From: Octopus bimaculoides
Lineage: Eukaryota
Assembly: GCF_001194135.2 (NCBI RefSeq)
Contig: NC_068997.1
Span: forward strand, 38,613,229 to 38,677,228
Direction: 5' to 3'
Length of the DNA: 64,000 bases
Made by a program: the position numbers and the translations under genes. Below the pieces are notes generated by a model, which saw nothing but the letters and a program-made list of their open reading frames with translations, searched no databases and had not been told where the DNA came from. Shown here in pieces: positions 34,795-48,600 of the stretch (position 1 is its first letter; each line of letters begins with the position of its first letter).

Positions 34795-37700
34795 CACACA
34801 CACATGCACATGATGGGCTTCTTTCAGTTTCTGTCTACCAAATCCACTCACAATACTTTGGTTAGCCTGAGGCTATAGTAGAAGACACTTGTCCAAAGTG
34901 TCATGCAGTAGGACTAAACCTGAAACCATGTGTTTGGGTAGCAAACTTCTTACCACACAGCCATGCCTATGCCGACAATATCAAGTATTTTTATGTACAG
35001 GGGTGTTGAAGATGGTAAAAAATAATAGAACAGTGCAGTGGATTACTTGCAATATTTACTTTCAGATCTCTTAATTTGATTTAGATTCTAAGAGTGTCAA
35101 GTTTACCATTCTTCGCACTCAAACCTCAATAAAATAAGAACCAGTACTATAGTGCAGTTGACCACACCTCCCCTCTACAGGATTTTTTCTTGCATCTCAT
35201 AAAATACTCAGTATTTTTGTGGATTGTTACTTGATCAAATATGAAAATATTTTAAATATTAAGGTATTTTGGAAAGGTGGTGAGTTGGCAAAATCGTTAG
35301 CATGCTGGACAAGATGCTTAGAGACATTTCATCTGTCTTTACATTCTGAATTCAAATTCTGCCAAGGTCAACTTTACCCTTCACCCTTTTTGAAGTCGAT
35401 AAAATAAGTAGCTGTCAAGCGCTGGGCTTGATGTAATTGATTTAACCTCTCCCGCTAAATTTCAGGCCTTGTGGCTAGAGTAGAAAGTGCTTTGGTATTT
35501 TTTGCAGAACCATTAAAAGTAATCGTGTTGGAAATTTAAATTGACCGAGTGAATTAAGACTTCATATATACAATTTATAAGTTTAGAATTACAATTTGTA
35601 TTTTGATTTTTGATTTTAATCCTGATAAACATGATAATGATGGTTTTACTCTCCTTTAGTGTCAGTTTTGATCAAATGTAATGTTACAGTGCCAAAAGCC
35701 AAAATAACAAGATCAATTTGAGCTTAATTGTGCTTTTCTGTAAAATTATCTAATTTCTTTTTTTTAAATCCATAAATATCTGATATTTACAATTTCTTTT
35801 TCTTCTTTTTCAGGTCTCTTCTTCCCCCATGACAGCACTAGGAACTCCAAGGTAGGACCTTTGACAATTTTAATATGTGTTTATTTGCGTATTTTCTCTT
35901 AGTCGTTTTGTTGTTGTCAAATTTGTAAGTATATTTACAACTCTTGAGAGCACAAGTCCAGACACGTAATGTTTTATTTGAATATCTTGAAACATTTCCA
36001 AAGATTTTGCTTATCCTTGTGTTATCTTTCTTCATTTCACTTTGTGTTGCATATCGTAACAGTAGTTTACATTTGGTTGCAATTCCTTACTTGAGCACTC
36101 AGCAGATTGCACCACCATGATGAGGGATGACAGAGCTCTCTCTCATGCCTATTCTGTCAATTCTGGTGTGATTCAAAGTAGTATCCCTCACACTCTGTGC
36201 TATCATTCCACTAATAACAGTCACCTTTCAAACATTGCTACCTCTCATTTCTCCTTGACCTTTGCACTCAAATATCATCCATATGCAACCTAAGCATCTC
36301 ACATCAAACTTGAACTGACTCTTAGACTAGAAACCTCATAAACATCCTGTACTAAGGTCATGTCTATTTAGTCTCCTTCAACAGTACAATGACACAATCA
36401 ATACAAATATCAAGAAAGCAACCTTGTAACTACCCTCCCTAGATTTAAACAACAGTGCTAGGTCTCAGGATTACTCCCTGGCAAATGCACATCCTCAACA
36501 CTAACTTTTTTCTTTAAAGCCAGAAAATATTTTGCTTGCTTCATGTTCTTGCTTGATAGGGCTGGGGTCCGACGCGGTCCACCAGTGCTCTCCATTGCTG
36601 GGGGTCCTGTGCCAACTCCTCTTCATCCTCCAAGAAGATATCGAGCCTCTGGAAAGCTTCCCCAATCACATCCAGCCAAACTTGTCTGCTGCAACTGCAG
36701 GGGCATCACACTCCTCTCCATCCTGGGCAAGCTCTTCATCAGGATCCTTGTCAGCCATGCACTTTCTGTAATTAGAAGCAGACACTGCCCTCAACAAGCC
36801 AGGTTCATGCTGAATTGATTTATTGCTGATCATATTTTTGCCCTTTGTCTCATCATTGAAAAATCTTGGGAGTTCTGCAAAGAAAATATTTTAGTTCCTG
36901 AAAAAAAAAAAGAAACTACTACTTCTCTACTATATTCAGATGTAACCACAGTCAAGTACAGCTCTCACATCTAAATGGAGATACTGCTTCACACACTGAC
37001 ATCCTAAATTACATTGAGAGAAAAGTAATTTTACTACCATAAAGTCTCTCACCATTACACTCCAACTTCTGGGCCACAAATGTGCTCTCTCTCATCTTTT
37101 CATTGTGACTAAAGTAGCCTTTGTTTATGGGAGCTGACTCATTTTGTACTGCTTTCACTCAAGGCACATTTTTCTCTCCTTTCATCTCCCATACTGTGTG
37201 TGTGTGTGTGTTTCTCCCCCCAGGCTACAGTCCTTTCTCAAAACATCATTCCTCGTAAATTCCCACTCTGCATGTGTTTCTGCTGAAGCTGTTGACTTAC
37301 AGTTGTTCAAGTGAAATATTAATCACAGTTGTCTCATGCGACTTAGAACATATGCAGATGCTACCTCAATGTACCGACTTTCTTCCGGGACAAAACGAAG
37401 AAACAAAAAATAAAAAATCACTGATGCTAAGGGAGATAATTCAGGTTTCTCCTTTGGTTGCCAACATTGGGTAATATTTTTAATACAGAGGTCCGTCTAC
37501 ATGGTCCTTGCTAGAAATAGCAGAGAAATCTTCATCAAATCACATTTTGTTCAGAATATGAATTTTTCAAATATATTCTTTTATTTGTTTCAGTCATTTT
37601 GACTGCGGCCATGCTGGAGCACCGCTTTTAGTCGAACAAATCGACCCTAGGACTTATTCTTTGTAAGCCTAAGAGAGCTTTTTTCATTGGATTAAGATTC

Positions 37701-40700
37701 TTCTTTCATAGCAACAATTAATTTCTTCAGTTTAATGGGCCTAAAAAAATATTTAAAAAAGATCTGCTCAATTAGGGTCACCTGGGATTGAATGTGAATA
37801 CTTTCTTTTCTTTTGAATACCTTTTCTCAGTTTTTCGTTGCTACAATGCTACCAAGGGTGGGATGATTTTTGTTAGAGCAATTGTTTTTATTGTACTATA
37901 TACCCCCTACACTAACCATTAAAGTATGAAGTACATGTAACTCAAACAGTGAAATAAGTTTTAGGCTACATGAAAAACTCGAAGGAGACAGAAACTGGAT
38001 TAGTGGAAGGGAGGTAACAAGTATTTGTAGGGGAGGCAAGGGCTGCGATTATTGGAAGGGAGGTAACCTGTATTAGTACAATAAAACTGCTCTCTCAATC
38101 TAATAAATACCTGCTTTTTTGTGAGGGAAAAGGAGAGAGAACGAAAAACTCCATCAAAATAGGAGTCGGTGGCTTGTGTAATTGCATGAGATATTGTCTT
38201 GCAAACAGTGGAGAATGTTTTTACGATACTTTATGGTTGTAACCTATTTTGTTTTGTAATGGTTTAGGGACATTTTTAATGCCTTACAACTTGAATTTAC
38301 TTTTTTACAATGTGTATTTTAGATAGAATTTTTTGTGGGGTGGGGGAGAGGTTGAGGTACATTTTCTTGCATTTTAAAATTTTAATTTAGGCTTAGATTT
38401 TATTGAATTAGGTTATGGTCATTTTGAGATTTCTTCATCATCATTAAAACCACCACCAACAACACCACCACCAACAACACCACCACCATCACCATCATCA
38501 TCATCACCATCACTATCATTTAACATCTATTTCCATGCTAGCATGGGGTGGATGTTTTGACAGGTGCTTGTAAGGCTGGGGGCTGCACCAGGCTCCATTG
38601 TTTGTTCTGGCATGGTTTCTATGGCTTGATGCCTTTCCTAACACATTCACTTTACAGTGTGTGCTGGGTGCTTTTTACATGGCACCAGCACCAGTGCTTT
38701 ATATTTCTAAAATTATCTTTTGATAAAAATATCTTGCTAAAACAACGAACAGAGTGCTCAACAAACCTCCATTCTGGCATAATTCAATTTAAAAAATTTA
38801 TCCACAACAAAATCTGTCATTAAAGTGACATATTCCAAATAAACTATAAACTAGTTCAATAAAATTTCCAAGATAAATTCCTCAAATACATTCCAAAACA
38901 ATTAAATTCCTCAAGCACATTCCAAAACAAATATTTCTCAGAGTAAGCAATCTTATTTTGATAAAATGAAATAAATACTTTTAAAATTTATTCCAAATAA
39001 ACCCTATTGTAAGAAAGCAAACTTACATTGTAAGCCATCACTTGACAATTACACAACACAGTATTCTATTGCCAAAAAATGTTGGAAAAAATTCTTCATT
39101 GTTCTTTAAACAATATCTCATATCATCATATAAGCTACCTCTTCTCCTTTCATGTTTTTTATTTGTTTTTCTTTGACAGATCAACACAAATAAAGTTATG
39201 TATTAAATGGACTGATTTTGATTTAGTGCATGAAAATCTTTGAAAGAAGTGAAATGAGTGTACATTCATTGAGACCATCACTTTACCAAAATTATAAAGA
39301 AGACTACAGCTCATTTGTACATTCCATTTTTTTATGGTTTTTACAGCTAGCAGTCCTTCTTAACACTAAGTACTTTATAAAATATGCTGGTTGCATTTTA
39401 GCTTGTCAGGAAAATTGAGACAATCTAAGTTAGATCTACTACTTTGGTCTCACAATAGTGATTGTAGATGGCAAAATTTTTAACTACATAGTCATTGGAT
39501 GTTTTATTTGTTAGTACAGGGCTTTTGCCTAGAAGTTGGCATATATATTGTGTTTATTGGTCTTCATTGTTGCTCTTAAAAGTACATAAAATACTATAAC
39601 ATCATTGTCGAATTATGCAACCTATTTTCATGCTATGTTCTGAAAAATGCTCTATCTTGAATTCTTCTTCACTGACCAAATATAACCAAATATTTTATAT
39701 TTCTTTTGATGCATATTTTGTTGGAATGGCAGAGTGAGGGGTTTCCATAGGGAAAACTACTGAAAAACAGAAATAAGACTTTTTATTAGAATTCTAAATC
39801 ATTTATTCTCTTTTAGTACCTTTACTGTCTTCAATATAATTGTTCATTTCTTTTATTCATGAAGAATACTCTTAATTATTTTTACCTTTTTAAAAAAAAT
39901 TAAAATAAGACTGTATTTACTGGATTATCTAGAATTCTTCACTGTCTCTTGTTTTGGCAAACTTCAAAAGGAGGTTCACTCAATAAACAGTGGATGTGCA
40001 GGACTTCTGGTTCAGGTGATAAAGGTTATTTCTGAATAGAATATTTCACTGTACTTACATAAAAAAAAAAGGTAGGGAAAAAGGACTCAAATAACTTATT
40101 AGTACTAGGTAACACTCTATACTTCACTATGCAAAGTTTAGTACATCACTGTAATGATGTACTAAATTTTGTAGTTTCACTTTCTATTTCATCTTTCTAA
40201 GAGTGATAACATGTGTGTTGGTTAATTAATTGGCTGTATTTTCACCCTATGAATATAATTATTATAAATAAAGAATATGTAAGACTTTTATGTGCATAAT
40301 CTTTTTCAGCATGACTATGACTACCTCTTTGGTAACAGAAACCAATAAAATTGATATGCCACTGTCCAGTTTAACTATATCTCAACCCCCATCTTCCATC
40401 CGAGACAAAAGTTTCCCATCAGGTGAGTTAATATTTTAATTACAATTAAGATGGTGAGCTGGCAGAATTGTTAGCATGCTGGGCAAAATGCTTAGCAGCA
40501 TTTCGTCCATCTTTACGGTCTGAGTTCAACTTTGTCTTTCATCCTTTCAAGGTCAATAAAATAAGTACCAGTTGACCACTGAGGTGAATGTAATTGACTT
40601 ATTCCCTCCCCTAAAATTTCTGGCCTTGTGCTAAAATTTGAAACCAATATTTTAATTACAGTTTACTTATATAGTCAAATGTATCCATTTCAACTATTAT

Positions 40701-43700
40701 TGAATGAAACATATTTTATTAATGGTAGTCTTAAAGTAGTTTTAAACTATCTAATGCAAGAAAGGTTGTACATTTTTAATCAAAGGTAAAATATGTTGCT
40801 ATTTGCAATAATTTGACTTTAACCTGGTTGTTCTGTCATACGTTCTATTTTGTTTATGCCAGGTTAAAAAAAAAAAAGAAAATTTTAATATTTGAATATA
40901 GGTTAAGATGAATTGTATTGTTGATATTGCTTTCACAGTGTCTGATTGTTACTTGTGCTTGCTATGTAATGGACATTATTTCATTATATATCCTGTGAAT
41001 TTTACTTATTAGCAGAGTAGCTATAGGTATAACTTTAATTACTCAGCCAAGCATGGAAATTCTACTTGCCACATTATTGCAGACTATTTGATTACAGGGT
41101 TTATTTTTATAGCTGAGTTCTATTCTGCGCTACTCTGGTCATTTGCTAATCCTGTCCATTTCCAACATTAGATCATGTAGAAACACCAATAATACCAAGA
41201 ACTGAAACACCTACTGTCCCACAAGATACGACACAAACTCACAGCAGTTTGTTTGGTTGGTTTTCTGGTAGCAATTTTGTTTCCCGTGTTGTTGAGAAAA
41301 CTAAGGTAATTTCATGTGTGTATGTATTTTGTTTTGTTTTGTTTGTGGGAGGGTTCAGTCATTTTAAACCTTCTCAAAATAGGGATTTATACTATTTAGA
41401 TGAATTAAGTGAAGAAGGTATTTAATTTGAATTGTTACAGATAATTACTAAGTGTTAGTAGTTGGTTGAATATATTGGTATAATGTTCCAGATAAATGTA
41501 ATTCTGGGTATAAGTATTTTGTATAATGCTTGGTATGTGGAATACAATAACGCTAACAAAAGATGCAAAACATGTGCAAGATGTGGAAAGATGTAAGAAT
41601 AATCTAGTGTTAGTGGCATGTTTGAGTGTTGGATGAGATGCCTGGTAGTATCTGTTCCAGTTCTTTACATTCTGAATTCAAATTCCATCAAGGTGCTGAT
41701 GGGTAGAATTAATCATCTAGCCTCAGGAATGCCTCATCCAACCTGCAGTTATTGAAGTGTGGACAGGTAGGCCTTCAACTAATATAAATAAGCCAGCAAT
41801 GCCATGTTGAAGCTTTATCCATTGAGCATCAACAACAGCTAAAGAGAATGGGGAAAAAGATAGTCAAAATAATATTACATTATCTCAACTCTTAAAAATT
41901 ATGGCAATCTTTTTAACTGCTGAAACTCATGGATATTTTTTTAACAATATGCATTTTAAAAATTCTGAATATTTTCTTAATTTGAAAGTATTTTTGATGC
42001 TGAGAAACAAAATTTATTTGATATATTTAGCATATTTATTATATATATGTTTCTTTCTACAGAGTTCAGTTGAAAGTGTGATTACAACTTTGGACCCTCA
42101 AATGAAAGAATATATAAGTAAGTATTCACTGAAAGTGTATCATGATTCAAGTTAGAAAATAGAGGTTTAATTATTCAGGAGTTATTAATGGTGTATGATT
42201 TTAGAAAAAATCTTGCAAAATGGATGTTTTTTGCTTTAACCCTTTCGTATTCAGATTATTCTGTCAAATGTAATTCTTATTCATCCGCATTATTTTGGAT
42301 TACTCATGCACTATCTCACTGCTTTGAGATTTTGATGATGTGACTATATTTTTTAGACTAACATTGTATGGTATGTGTGAGAGTCTGGATCTGGCTGGTT
42401 TGAACATAAAACAAGTAGAATATCCAGATATAAACTGGATATGGCCAGTTTAAATGCTAAAGAAATAAACATAAAGGAGAAGCCTGTTCCTGTGATGCAT
42501 TCGTTTAATTTCTTGCTGCATAGATGTTGCACTACTATAACAAAGTGATAATATCTGAGAATTTTCACATCATTTAATTAAATCAAAGATAAACACTTTG
42601 CTATTATTGGTATCAGTAATTATGCATTGAATATAATATAAAATGGATAGAATGAAGAAAGTGATCCTACTTCACATCCTTTCCTAAAAGTAAGTGAACA
42701 GTATGTTAATCTAATCAGCCTGTAAGTTTTTATGTTGCACTGCATTTCTAAATTCTACATGCTAATTTGGGGGAGAGGCAAGCATCTTAGTATTAACCAC
42801 ACTGAAAAACTCTAGAAAATGGCTGTAAGGATGGGGGACAAAAATATTATAATTAGGCTTACTAAGTTACAGATGAAGCAGTCTGGCATTTTGACTATAA
42901 AATATTTAATGTGTTTGATTTCATAGTAAATTAAAAAAACCCTCTCAAACAATGTTGGTCAAATATAGCTAAAAAAAAATGCTATATATGCTTTTATGTG
43001 GTGTAATTGGCAGTGAAATAATTAAACCTTGCATGCAACATCTGTTGTGTATTAGTTTGTTTAATTATTACAGTTTTTCTTTTTCTTCTTGAGAGAGTGG
43101 TGGTGACATTGATATTATTGTGGCTTCCACAAAAGAAGTGAAAATTGGACCTATTCGAGAAGCAATGCAACAAGCTTTTGGTCGGGCAACTGTTACTGGA
43201 AGAGTAAGCATCACCTTGAACTAACTTTTTTTTAAAAGTCATTGATTTTGTTATTAAAATCAATGCATCTTTATTTCAATTTTTTTTTCAATTCTTTCAT
43301 TTTTCAGTTAATAATGAACTTATTGCATACAGTGTTCATCAGAAAAAGTAACTAAAACTGTATGAACAGTACATGAAATATGACAAAAATTGAACAGTGG
43401 ATAATTTTGTTAAAAAAAAACTAAAAATGGGGTGGGGGTAATCAGGTATACACTGTTCTTGAATTTCAGGGAGCACAGAAGTTTTGAAGGATGTAATGTC
43501 TCAACATCTAACATGATGGAGGTGGTTTATTCCATGCTTCAGCAATTCAGTGTCTGAAAAAAATGTTTCTGAAAGTCATGGATACTGTGTTGTTTTTTGA
43601 TTTTGTAAGTATGTCCATGAGTGTTAGACATATGGAATTCAAAAAGCTACCCAAGGTTGTTGTTGGGAAGACAGTGGATAATCTTGTGGATGTCTACCAA

Positions 43701-45556
43701 ATCAGTTACCTGACATCGGAGTTTTAATGTGTTCACGTCTAGGGAAGTAAGATGTTCACAGTTTGGTAGATGCCGGTTGGTGGGTATTCATCTGGTTGCA
43801 TGTTTCTGAACAGTTTCCAGGAGATAATATCAATTATTTACATTTTTTTAACTTTTGTGTTGTGTTTCATCTCTGCTTTGGCAACTTTAATGAAGATTAT
43901 GCTTTAGTAATGAGGTTTTAATATTGGTTTCAAATTCCGGCATAAGGCCAGCAAATTTGGGGGAGGGGTTAAGTCTATTAGAGTGACTCCAGTGCTCAAC
44001 TGGTATTTATTTAATCATCCTAGAAATGATGAAAGGCAAAGTTGGCCTCTGAAGAATTTAAACTTAAAACATAAAGATGGATGAAATGCCATTTTGCTTG
44101 GCGTGCTAATGATTCTGTCAGCTCACTGCCTTAATGAGGTTTAATACTGAAACCTGTCAGTGTTGTGCTGGAGTTGCCAAGAACTAAAAGTCATTTATTG
44201 ACTAATAAGTGTTTCATTTTCCTTTTTTGTTTCTTTTATTCCATTGTTGCATAATTATTTTTCGCATTAACTAAGCTTACAAAATTAAGTTCTTTAATTC
44301 TTATATACCCACCTTAATAGTCGAGTTTATACAATGTGGTCAGAGAGTTTTAAACTGTTTACAACATTGCAATCATCTTAGAAATGCTCTAAATATTTTA
44401 ACCCTTTAGCATTCAGATTACACTGCCAAATGTAATGCTTATTTATTCACATTGTTTTGAATTAATCATGCATTACCTTGTGACTTCAAGACTTCAATGA
44501 TGTCATTTATTTTAAGAAAGATATGTAGGTTAGGTGTGACAGGCTGGATACAGCCAGTTTAAATGTTAAAGGGTAAAATGTATTTAGCACAAAGCTTTTT
44601 TTTTTTAACAATTTATCTAATTACAATAGTGTTGTAATTAGACTATTAGCTTTCTGCAAGTGTTAGCATTCAGTTACTTAATGGTATTTACTTCAAGCAA
44701 TCTAGGTAACTTCTGTTCATACTTTAATGTTGAATATTAAAGAAACTGATTGAACAATAATTCATGATAATGATTATATTCATTAGAAAATACCCTAATT
44801 ATTTCTATTCTTTTTTTCTATAAAATAGTTTTATTTTGATATAATTCAAGGCTTGTTTCTCAAAATGATACTTCCTTGTTTTTGTTGAACCCAATGTACT
44901 ATTAGTCTACATAATAACTATGTAGTTTCAGTAGTATTGACAACAATAAAGGAAAGGGCAAAAAACAAAAAAGCTGAAAGCAATAAAAGATCCAAATAGA
45001 AGTGCTTAGACGAAAGGAAACTGATCCAGAAAATTTTTTTGAATCTAAAATGTTTTCGATATGATAAAATTCATTAAGGTGGTGAGCTGGCAGAATCATT
45101 AGCATGGTGTGCCAAATGCTTAGCAGCATTTCATCCGTCTTCACATTCTGAGTTCAAAATCCACTGAGATTGGCTTTGCCTTTCATCCTTTTGGGGTCAA
45201 TAAAATAAGTACCAGTTGAGCACTGGGGTTGACGTAATCGACTTATCTCCTTCCCCGAAATTGCTGGCCTTATGCCAGAATTTGAAATCAATATAATAAA
45301 AATCATTAATTTTTTAAGAGGTTAATAGTCTAAAATATTATAGTCTTGTGGAGGAAGTGGAGGATAAATTTACCAAATTGTTTTCAAAGTATTCAAAAAA
45401 ATCTTCATCAAACGCATCTACTCATGCACCCATGCAGAAGGATAGCTTTTTATAGGGCTGCAATATCAAATGAAATTCCAGAAACCTAATTGATTACTAA
45501 CCAGTCATGTGACTTGAATCAAAGGCTTGGTAATCAAAGAGAAGAACTTATGACAG

Positions 45557-45635
<79 letters not shown>

Positions 45636-48600
45636 ATATATACACACATTTACATTTACACATATTTTTTGTTAGAAACAGCAAAGTAATTGAGATCTGT
45701 TAAGATCACTAGAGAGGTTACATTTGAAACCTGTAATCAAATAATGACAGAATAATGATTCAAATAGTAATGTAGGTTTCAAATTTTAGCACAAGACCAG
45801 CAATTTCAGGGGAGGGCGTAAGTCAATTACACCCCAGTGCTGAACTGGTGCCTACTTTATTGACCCCGAAAGGATGAAAGGCAAAGTTGACCTTGGTGGA
45901 ATTTGAACTCAGAACATAAAGATGGATGAAATGCTGCTAAGTATTTTACCTGGCATGCTAATGGTTCTGCCAGCTCGCCACCTAAATTCAAATAGTAATA
46001 TTGATATTCAGTGAGGCAGCAGAATTGTTAGCACACCAGGCAAATGCTTAGTGGTATTTCACTCATATTTACATTCTGAGTTCAAATTTTGCCACAGTCA
46101 ACCTTGCCTTTCAACCTTTCAGGGTTGATAAAATTAGTACCAGATGAACACTGAGGTTGATGTAATCAGCTTACCCCTCCCCTGAAATTGCTGGCCTTGT
46201 GTGAAAATTTGAAACTAATATTAATATTCAGCTTATTGTGTTGGTGCATTTGTGTGTTATTTGGTTTTAAGTAATGAATGATGAAATTATTTCAATTATA
46301 TTTCCTTAGGATAGTGAGACCAACACTGCTGCTCAACCTCTTGGCTATGCTGCTGCACTTAGAGGAGCTCAGGAAAGAATATCTCGCTTACGTCAACAAG
46401 ATGATATTAAAGAGAAGCAAGCAATTGTTGCAATTGAAGGCTTTATAGTAGAACTTCAAGTTGATGGGTAATGTTTCTAATTAATTGTATTTAACAAGAA
46501 AACCTATTGCTGTTATGTTATAGTCAGAGATTAGGTATTTTAACATGCATGAAATGTGAATGGAAACAAAGTGCATCCTTCATTGCACTAATCAAATTTA
46601 AATTAGAAGCAGCTTATAAGATATTTCACAGTTATATTGTATGGAAAGATTGCTGAAATTTTCTTTTGTCATTCTTTGAATATTTTAAAGATATACAAGT
46701 TGGAAAGTAGCAATTGATGGTTTTCAGGATTGTAAGAAGTTATCTTGCTATATCTTATCATTGGCACTATACTGTGTTCTCAATTCTCACTAATTATATT
46801 GATCTAGTTATAAAATAGTTTATATAAAGAGGCACAGTTCACCACTGTATGCAGAGTGTTCACCTAGAAGAAAGGTAATTTTTATTTTTCATCCAATTAA
46901 TTAGTGTCATTGTTATAGCTTCTGGCCATTTTCCTATTGGATTACTATATTGTGTTAACCATAACTGAACTATATTCCAGATAAGTCTATTGATTTCTTG
47001 CATTGTTCATTGTGGCTCAGATTACAAAAAGTAGTACTTTGATATGTTGCAGGATTTTTTAGTCTGTAAAATTCTGTACTCTTTAAGTTAGGACCATTAG
47101 TCAAGTGTGGAGTGAATCTAGTGATGTATAAACTGTAAATAGATTTGGGATGTATTTAATTGCCATGGCAGATTGGTAACAGAGATGCATCAAGAATAAG
47201 GAATACCCAGTGGCAACTGTGAAAAAAAAAATGATTTCCTATTTTCAAATAAAAGGCTACTTCAGCTGTTCAAAGATTTAAATGAAGAGTGAACTTAGTG
47301 TACAGATTCTACTTGGTCACACAACCAGATAGAAATTCCATCCAAACTTCCCTCCAGTTATACACTTTGCTATCTTAAAAATTAAAGGACAATTTGGATA
47401 ATGTTGTCCTAGATATACCATCTGAAAAAGATTGAATGGTTGCAGCTGGAAAGCTTTGATTGTAGTTGAGCATATATGATCTTTAGCTTAACAAGATAAT
47501 TATTATCATATGTTTTTAATACTTCTTTTGACTAAAATATCCAAATAATAAACATTGCTAATTGGAGGCTTCATAATTCTGAAATGTTTTAAGATATCTT
47601 TAGTTGCAGGGAACAGTAACATAAACAATCATCATCATCATCTTTTAATGTCCGCTTTCCATGCTGGCATGGGTTGGACGGTTTGACTGAGGATTGACAA
47701 GCCAAGAGGCTACGCTAGGCTCCAATTCTGATCTGGCAAGGTTTCTATAGCTGGATGCCCTTCATAACGCCAACCACTCCGAGAATGTAGTGGGTGCTTT
47801 TTACGTGCCACTGGCACGGGATCCAGTCAGGCGGCATTGGCAATAACCACACTTGAATGGTGCTTTTTATGTGCCACTGGCATGGGAGCCAGTCTGGCAG
47901 CACTGGCATCGATCATGCTCGAATGGTGCTTTTTACGTGCCACCAGCATAAGTGCCAGTCAAGTGGCATTGGCATTGGCCACGACAACAATTTCACTTGA
48001 CTCAACAGGTCTTCTCAACTGCTGCATATCTCCAAAGGTCTCATTCACTTGTCATTGCCTCTGTGAGGCCCAGCGTTTGAAGGTCATGCCTCACCACCTC
48101 ATCCCAGGTTTTCCTGGATCTATCTCTTCCACAAGTTCCCTCTACTGTTAGGGTATGACACTTCTTCACACAGCAGTCCTCATCCATATACAACACAAGA
48201 CCATACCAGTGCAGTTGTTTCTCTTGCACACCACATTTGATTCTTGTTCTTCAAAAGCCTGGTTCCTAATGATATGCAAATCTCTTACAAACATATGATT
48301 GTATCCTCTTGATATAAGTATGGACATGTGATTGCTATGCATTTGTCTCACACTTCTGATATCAAGAGTATATAATATATACAGTTTCACTAATAATAAA
48401 TATCCATGTTTTTTCCTAATGACATGGTAGAATTGTAATTACCTTACTCAATAATCTCTAGCATGTATCTTGTGGAATGATGAACATGATGCTCTCCTTC
48501 AAGCAAAGAAAGAGAGTGAGACAACAGAAACAGCTTCAGTGCCACTGGCATGGGAGCCAGTGGCACCGAAACTTACAAAGCAAACAAAATTGGTTTTACA

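Noticed and set aside
41111-41112. Upstream acceptor for PRRC1 exon 5
   Set aside because: It gives a 193-nt exon in the wrong phase.
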